Shown here: positions 58,422-64,000 of the stretch, piece by piece
Layout of the letters: the number at the start of each line of letters is the position of its first letter
Position numbering within the stretch: position 1 is the first letter of the stretch
Source of the DNA: a virus
IMG/VR virus record: IMGVR_UViG_3300005530_000004
Span: 10,873-74,872 of that record
DNA: 64,000 bases
Reading direction: 5' to 3' (one strand)
Made by a program: the position numbers and the translations under genes
Notes under the pieces: generated by a model
What the model saw: the letters and a program-made list of their open reading frames with translations, nothing else
Database searches by the model: none
What the model was told of the DNA's origin: nothing

Positions 58422-58643
58422 ATGCTAGCAACAATAAAATTTCGTGGTGAAGAAAGAGAAGTACAATTTACAAATTATGGATATGAGCCAGACACAAATT
58501 CACAGAGTATTGATTGGTATTTTGTTGACGAGGATAATAATGTAGTAGAATTGGAACCAGAATTAACTGATAAAGAGTATGCAGATATTTTCTATCAATT
58601 AAGTCAAATAGCATATGAGGATGAAGGATACGATGAAGATTAA
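58422..58643 (+). CDS. small acidic hypothetical protein
   Basis: Packed ORF. Confidence 0.5.
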   Translation: MLATIKFRGEEREVQFTNYGYEPDTNSQSIDWYFVDEDNNVVELEPELTDKEYADIFYQLSQIAYEDEGYDED

Positions 58644-59061
58644 GTTGGTTGCTCTATTGATTACTATATTATTAATTTGTTGTGCAATCTGCAATATATG
58701 TAGTGCAGATCAAAATGGTTTAGCAGAAGTAAATAAGCATCGTGCAAGGCGAGGATTGCGCCCATTTATTCAGGATAATAATTTGGCAATTGCGGCCCAA
58801 GCTTGCAGCAAATATCGTGCAAGATATAGAATTGCTGGTCATGTTGCAATAAATGGTGGTGACTTTGCATTTGTTCCTCGATGTTATCGAGATAGTTACC
58901 CTGCAAGGGCCGCCGGCTGTGGTGCGTGGCATATATCTACTGTCACAACAAGCGGCGATCGTTGGGGAACTTGCTGTATGTATGACAATTATACTTATGC
59001 GGGCGCATGGTCGCATGTTGGGCCAGATGGTATAAGATATATGCACTTGTTTGTTAGATAG
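58633..59061 (+). CDS. secreted CAP/SCP-like protein
   Basis: Signal peptide; EVNKHRARRGLRPF..D.NL..AAQ. Confidence 0.65.
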   Translation: MKIKLVALLITILLICCAICNICSADQNGLAEVNKHRARRGLRPFIQDNNLAIAAQACSKYRARYRIAGHVAINGGDFAFVPRCYRDSYPARAAGCGAWHISTVTTSGDRWGTCCMYDNYTYAGAWSHVGPDGIRYMHLFVR

Positions 59062-59106
59062 GTGTACGTTAAAGTTAGATAGGTGTGCGTTAAAGAGTGA
59101 ATTGCA

Positions 59107-59831
59107 ATGAATTATATAGATAATAATATTATCTTTGGACCAAGCAATAAATTACCATCTACAGAAGAAATTAAAAAACAAGCGAGTAATATTCTTACAA
59201 TAATGGAAGAATATGAAACTGAAATGGAACAAGAGGGAATACCTCAAATTATTAATGATGTTAAACGACGACAGCAATTAGCTTGCGAAGCACGAACAAG
59301 ATATTTAAATAAGGAGAATTAAAATGCACTATCGAAATGGACGTGAAGCTAAGAATGGCGATAAGATAGTTAAATTAGAAGGTGGAAAGATTGTTGCCTA
59401 TGGAGTATTACATAGTGCTGTTCCCGGCAATGATTATTGTAATGGAAATATTGCTGTAGTTCAGCCGCACAATGATTATGCTTGTATGTGCGATTGTTTG
59501 CATGTAGACGATGTTGCAGAAGTGTTGAAAGAAAAAGAATTGGATAAGCGACCAGCAAGTAAATAGCATGTCTCAACTTCTCAAATTAATTCAGAATGAT
59601 GAGATGAATAAAGAAATATACGAACATATTATTAATCGAATAGTAACAATCAATGAATACTTAACGAGTGAATATAGTGAATGTTCAACAACAGAAAGAT
59701 TAAGGGATGAAGCAGCAAGAGATGAATTAATAAACATTGCACAAAAGTTCTTCGGTGCAGATAGAAATAAATTACTAACAATGCGAAAGATATACGTAGG
59801 TTCTACAACAAATGCCTTACTCAATCCGTAA
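59107..59831 (+). other. three small hypothetical CDSs (59107-59322, 59324-59566, 59568-59831)
   Basis: RBS and packing. Confidence 0.55.
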
Positions 59832-59976
59832 GTTATCAAAGCCTACCAAGAATACTAAGAATGAAGTATGTACTTACGAAGTAATAAAGAAAGATACAGG
59901 AGAATCAGTAGGAAAAGTTCCTAGTAAACAAGCTGCAATAAGAATGCTTGCAGCGTTACATGCTAATGCTGATTGA
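59812..59976 (+). CDS. 54-aa protein missing from ORF track (MPYSIRK..YEVIKKDTGESVG..SKQAAIRMLAALHANAD)
   Basis: Fills the gap between ORFs; pattern I recall from small domains in phage head genes. Confidence 0.55.
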   Translation: MPYSIRKLSKPTKNTKNEVCTYEVIKKDTGESVGKVPSKQAAIRMLAALHANAD

Positions 59977-59991
59977 ATTGGAGACGTAAAC

Positions 59992-60324
59992 ATGAATCTC
60001 CCAACAAAAATTCGTGCTAATCCTGCAACAACAATTAGCGCACCTGTAATAAACACATTATACGATGCAGTAGAAGCTGAATTAGCTAACATAATAAATA
60101 TAATATTAGATATACAAATAACGGAAGATAATAAAGATCAGTATCTTTACGCTTCAATGATTTCGTCTGTAGAAATACTGATGGACCTAGAAGAAAGGTT
60201 TCCTGATAAGTTTTTGCACCATATCAATGGCATTCATTGTGGCAAATCAAAGATAGACGATGATGAGTTTGAACAATGCAAAACATTCAATCAAATGATG
60301 CAGCTAATTCGTCGCAGCATATAA
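59992..60324 (+). CDS. acyl carrier protein homolog lacking the conserved Ser
   Basis: LYASMISSVEILMDLEERF vs ACP LGADSLDTVELVMALEEEF; IDDDEFEQCKTFNQMMQLI vs IPDEEAEKITTVQAAIDYI. Confidence 0.65.
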   Translation: MNLPTKIRANPATTISAPVINTLYDAVEAELANIINIILDIQITEDNKDQYLYASMISSVEILMDLEERFPDKFLHHINGIHCGKSKIDDDEFEQCKTFNQMMQLIRRSI

Positions 60325-61742
60325 ACATACATGAAATTGACTTAGACTTAATTCACTGTGTTAACCGAATATTAGGAAAGTTAAAAAAGAATAATCCCGA
60401 TAGAATTATTCTAGCGAGAACACTTGAACAATACGAGAACGCTTGCAGCTTATCACGCGGTCCAGATCAATCTCGTTCAATGTATTGGAGTAATAAAGCA
60501 CGGCATTACTGGAATAATTTAGCGAAGATGGAATTGAAGTTGTGCAATTTAACAACAGAATAGTATACTGAATAACAGATTAACAAGAAATACACTGGAG
60601 ATACAATGCACGAACATGAAAATAATAAACTGAAGTTTGTTCTTCGCAAATTAACTACTGACGAAGATTACAACAATTGGGAACTAGTTGTAGAAAAATT
60701 AGAAGCTCGCGGAATGTCAGTAGGTATGGCAGAAGGTGCTGTAATTATTATATCTAATAATCAGCATCCAATAGATGATATGAATTATGCTAAGGCATTA
60801 GTGTTGCCATATATGAACACTACTATTGGTGTTAGTTCACATAATGCAGATAATGCAGATAATGCAGATAATGCAGATAATGCAGATAATGCAGATAATG
60901 CAGATTTAGATTTAAAATCTGAGGTTGAACAACAGCAAGAAGCTGAATTAGCTAAAGAAGGTTTAGGTGAAGAAGAATTTAAGGGCAGTAGTAATGGCTA
61001 AATTAATAGCTAAACCTAAATTAGATTTAAATGTTGCTTTAGAATTAAATGAAGAAGAAATAAAAGCACTTGAAGCTTTAGTATGTTATGGTACAGACCC
61101 ATTCTTAGAAGTTTTCTATAAGAATATGGGTTCTGCTTATCTTAAACCACATGAAAAGGGTCTTAGAAGCTTATTTGAATCAATAAAGTCAAATCTTCCT
61201 TCAATCATTGAGAGAATAAATACTGCAAGGACAGCATTTAATAAAGATGAATAAGCTACTAATCATCATATCTGCATTGCTGTTTGCAGTTGGTAGATTT
61301 TTTATCACACCAAGATTAAATCTTCCAACTGTAGAAGGAAGCTACGAAGCTTTTTCGCATTTGTATGTTGGATATTTATTCGGTGCTGCTGTACATTGGC
61401 AAATGAATAACCCTAAAGCAAAGTATTATTCTTATATAAGATTCGCTATAGAAAAGAATCTATACTTTCAAGTGGCCATTTTGTTGTCCTTACTAGAACT
61501 AGTAATGTTCATGGTGCAGAAGAGTCCAGGATAATTAACATATTATGAATCGACGAATCTTCAACAGTTTGATGCTGGGCTTATTACCAATATTAAATTT
61601 GGTACAACTTATAAAACCATGTAAACATAAATTTAATTCAGTCAATATTTGTGAAAACTGTGGTACCACTTTAGAGAAAGTAATATTTCCAACTACTTAT
61701 ACATCTTATAAGTATAAAATAACATATTTAACTCGTACATAG
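60276..61742 (+). other. five small hypothetical CDSs (60276-60563, 60606-61001 with NAD repeat, 60994-61254, 61247-61534 membrane protein, 61545-61742)
   Basis: Packing, RBS, TM segments. Confidence 0.5.
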
Positions 61743-61754
61743 GTAAGCATAATT

Positions 61755-62075
61755 ATGAATCTAAAACATGCCAATATGAATCCTGGATTATGGATAAATA
61801 TAATATCCTTAATTCTAGGATTAATTGCTGTTGCAGTTAATGATGAATGGGTAAAACAGAATGCAAGTGTTATTACAATACTTGGCATGGCTAATTTTAT
61901 CTTAACAGCGGCCTTGCAGTATCTTAGAGACGTAAATAAACCGCAACCTATTATAGAACATATTGAAGAACAAAAGAAAATTGTATCTACAATAAACACT
62001 GTTACAAAACAGGAGGTTGATAAACCGGAAGTATCAGAAATTAAAGCACCAGAAGTTAAATTAGAAGTTAAGTAA
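61755..62075 (+). CDS. holin-like membrane protein
   Basis: Two TM helices, charged C-terminal tail. Confidence 0.55.
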   Translation: MNLKHANMNPGLWINIISLILGLIAVAVNDEWVKQNASVITILGMANFILTAALQYLRDVNKPQPIIEHIEEQKKIVSTINTVTKQEVDKPEVSEIKAPEVKLEVK

Positions 62076-62114
62076 GTTTTCTTGTTTCTTTGTTCAATCA
62101 AGAAGGTAGATAAA

Positions 62115-62924
62115 ATGTATAGTATGTATCGTGTTAATCAAAAAAATGTTGGGTTAAGTTTATCAGTATTTGGTTTAATTGCATGTTTTTGTTTTGCCTT
62201 AGTATTTGCTGATGATCCTGTTCCTGTTCCTGTTCCTAATCCTGTTGTTGTAGTTCCTGTTGTTGAACAGCCAACTATTTCTATTCCAAAAGAATTACAG
62301 GCAGATGTTGGTGCATTTGTAGAAGTTGCTGCAACTACTAATGGTTCACAAGTAAAATGGATTGTCCTTAATCAACAAGGATTAAATCTATTTCCTATGG
62401 ACTTATTGAAAGATAGTAAAACTGCTGTAGCTGTTGCAGCAAAAGACGGAGTTTATTATCTTCATGCTTGGACTGCATTAAACAATATTCCAAGCGATTT
62501 AGTAACGTGTAAGATTACTATTGGTAATCCAGTTCCTCCAGTTCCTCCAGTTCCTCCAGTTCCTCCAGTTCCTACGCCAACTAAATTATCTGTATTATTT
62601 CTTGAAGAGTCAATGGATTTAGGAACAGCTAATTATAAGCCGTATTTAGAAGCCCTTAATTCTGGAAAAGTGCGAGCATATCTTAATTCGCATACTGCAA
62701 TGGAGAATATTGGGACTATTACCTTACCTTCTTGGCGTAGGTGGGATAAAGATACTGATGTATCGCATGAATCTGCTAAGTGGCAGAGTTTAATTAAGGT
62801 ACATTATGATTCTTTGCCTTGGTTAGTTATTGCTAATGAGGATGGCAGTAAAATATTATCTTCTTCTCCGATCCCTGGAAATGAATCTTCTACATTGGAT
62901 TTGTTGAAGAAATATGGCGGTTAA
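62115..62924 (+). CDS. exported Pro-rich protein (Ig-like domain, PVP linker, alpha/beta domain)
   Basis: Signal/TM segment; PVPVP and PPVPPV tracts. Confidence 0.6.
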   Translation: MYSMYRVNQKNVGLSLSVFGLIACFCFALVFADDPVPVPVPNPVVVVPVVEQPTISIPKELQADVGAFVEVAATTNGSQVKWIVLNQQGLNLFPMDLLKDSKTAVAVAAKDGVYYLHAWTALNNIPSDLVTCKITIGNPVPPVPPVPPVPPVPTPTKLSVLFLEESMDLGTANYKPYLEALNSGKVRAYLNSHTAMENIGTITLPSWRRWDKDTDVSHESAKWQSLIKVHYDSLPWLVIANEDGSKILSSSPIPGNESSTLDLLKKYGG

Positions 62925-62973
62925 TAAATTTCTTTTGTATTAAAACCTAAAGTAAAAATATAAGGTAAATAAC

Positions 62974-63783
62974 ATGGGTTATACTTCTAAACTATATCCT
63001 GGTGAAGTAGTTGTTACTGAGAGTAATGCTTTAGATCATTGTCAACCTATTCAAGGTGGACAACGAAGATTCTTCGGAAGAGTTCCTAGACCAAAAGGTA
63101 TTGAATATTCTTGTGAAAAACCTTTCAGTGATCTAGGAATTGATATTGTTCCAGTAAGTGAATATGATGATCGTATTAAAGAGATGGAAGATACACAAAC
63201 ACGTATCTCCGATTTGCTCTTGCAGAGTAATATTCCATCTTTAGATCAAAATGGAACTAATTATTGTTGGTGCAATGCTGTAACTGGCGCAGTTCAAGCA
63301 ATTCGAGCACAACAAAATCAAGCATTTGTTAAATTATCACCTGCTTCTGTTGCTGCACCATTGAAGAATTATAGTAATCAAGGTGGCTGGGGCGCGGAAG
63401 CATTAGATTATATGGTTGCAAATGGAATTGCAAGCGTAGATCAATGGCCTGCAAATGCTATTTCTAAGCAGTATTATGCTGCTTCTCGTGATAATGCTGC
63501 ACTTCACAAAGTTTCTGAATTTGTGAAGTTAAATAGCAGAGACTTTTCCCAGTTAATGTCTTTGTTATTTGCTAGAATTCCTACTGCAATAGGCTTAAAT
63601 TGGTGGAGTCATGAAGTATTAGCTTGTGATCCAGTTGCATTAGGAAGTGGACAATATGGAGTCCGTTTCCGTAATTCCTGGTCTGATACTTATGGAACAA
63701 AAGGCTTTAATACTTTAACGCAAGCAAAAGCAACTCCTGACGACGCTTGCAGTCCAACAGTAACTATTGCATCGAATAATTAG
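62974..63783 (+). CDS. papain-like (C1) cysteine peptidase
   Basis: DQNGTNYCW (Gln and catalytic Cys), WWSHEV (His), RNSW (Asn). Confidence 0.85.
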   Translation: MGYTSKLYPGEVVVTESNALDHCQPIQGGQRRFFGRVPRPKGIEYSCEKPFSDLGIDIVPVSEYDDRIKEMEDTQTRISDLLLQSNIPSLDQNGTNYCWCNAVTGAVQAIRAQQNQAFVKLSPASVAAPLKNYSNQGGWGAEALDYMVANGIASVDQWPANAISKQYYAASRDNAALHKVSEFVKLNSRDFSQLMSLLFARIPTAIGLNWWSHEVLACDPVALGSGQYGVRFRNSWSDTYGTKGFNTLTQAKATPDDACSPTVTIASNN

Positions 63784-63815
63784 TGATAATTAGTGATAAT
63801 TAGGACAAATTAAGT

Positions 63816-64000
63816 ATGGACAAATCAAGCCTAAATATATTAAAAAGATTAGAACATTGTCATGGTAAGACAGTACAAGCCACAGAAGTAAATGAAGATT
63901 TTCCTAACGAAGTGAATATAATCTTCTCTGATGGAAGTATATTAATATTTCCTGATGTGTTGCTTCAAGATGAAGAAGAGGAACAGCATATTCCCGAAGA
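63816..64000 (+). CDS. hypothetical protein, 3'-truncated
   Basis: AGGA RBS, open to window end. Confidence 0.45.
   Translation, partial: MDKSSLNILKRLEHCHGKTVQATEVNEDFPNEVNIIFSDGSILIFPDVLLQDEEEEQHIPE

Noticed and set aside
1-64000. Diversity-generating retroelement, retron or stop-codon reassignment
   Set aside because: No reverse transcriptase motifs or TR/VR pair seen; long genes are intact in the standard code and all three stops are used

Overview
A 64-kb piece of an AT-rich (roughly one-third GC by eye) tailed dsDNA phage with essentially every real gene on the + strand. No integrase, terminase large subunit or portal is visible in the window. Layout: 1-21.5 kb virion module (Mu-like adaptor/MuF/protease, lambda-type decoration and capsid proteins, siphovirus-type tail with -1 frameshifted chaperone and tape measure); 21.8-35 kb replication (SNF2 helicase, SSB-like, DnaG-primase/MCM-helicase fusion, PolA, two tRNAs); 35-42.6 kb probable immediate-early region of small genes separated by structured non-coding elements; 43-52 kb DNA metabolism/regulation (ligase, Dam, CsrA-like, VRR-NUC, ThyX, MazG, ANTAR); 52.6-64 kb probable late genes (sigma-like factor, possible TerS, ACP-like protein, holin, papain-like peptidase). 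The CsrA-like, CAP-like, Pro-rich and C1-peptidase genes and the GC-rich early genes suggest a GC-richer host, possibly a planctomycete (inference only). Most striking observations: (1) an rRNA-operon-like early leader with a boxA followed by two small genes each enclosed in its own 28-32 bp inverted repeat; (2) a four-copy covarying hairpin that punctuates the early genes; (3) the heptamer CTGCAAG/CTTGCAG found 74 times by manual count, on both strands and in all frames; (4) three unrelated head-region proteins sharing an LxLSF...KHPRD..GKF tag, one with an ADP-ribosyltransferase-like domain; (5) two tandem structured RNAs abutting tRNA-Leu; (6) an acyl-carrier-protein homolog lacking the phosphopantetheinylated serine. 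All calls come from motif recognition by eye; no searches were run.
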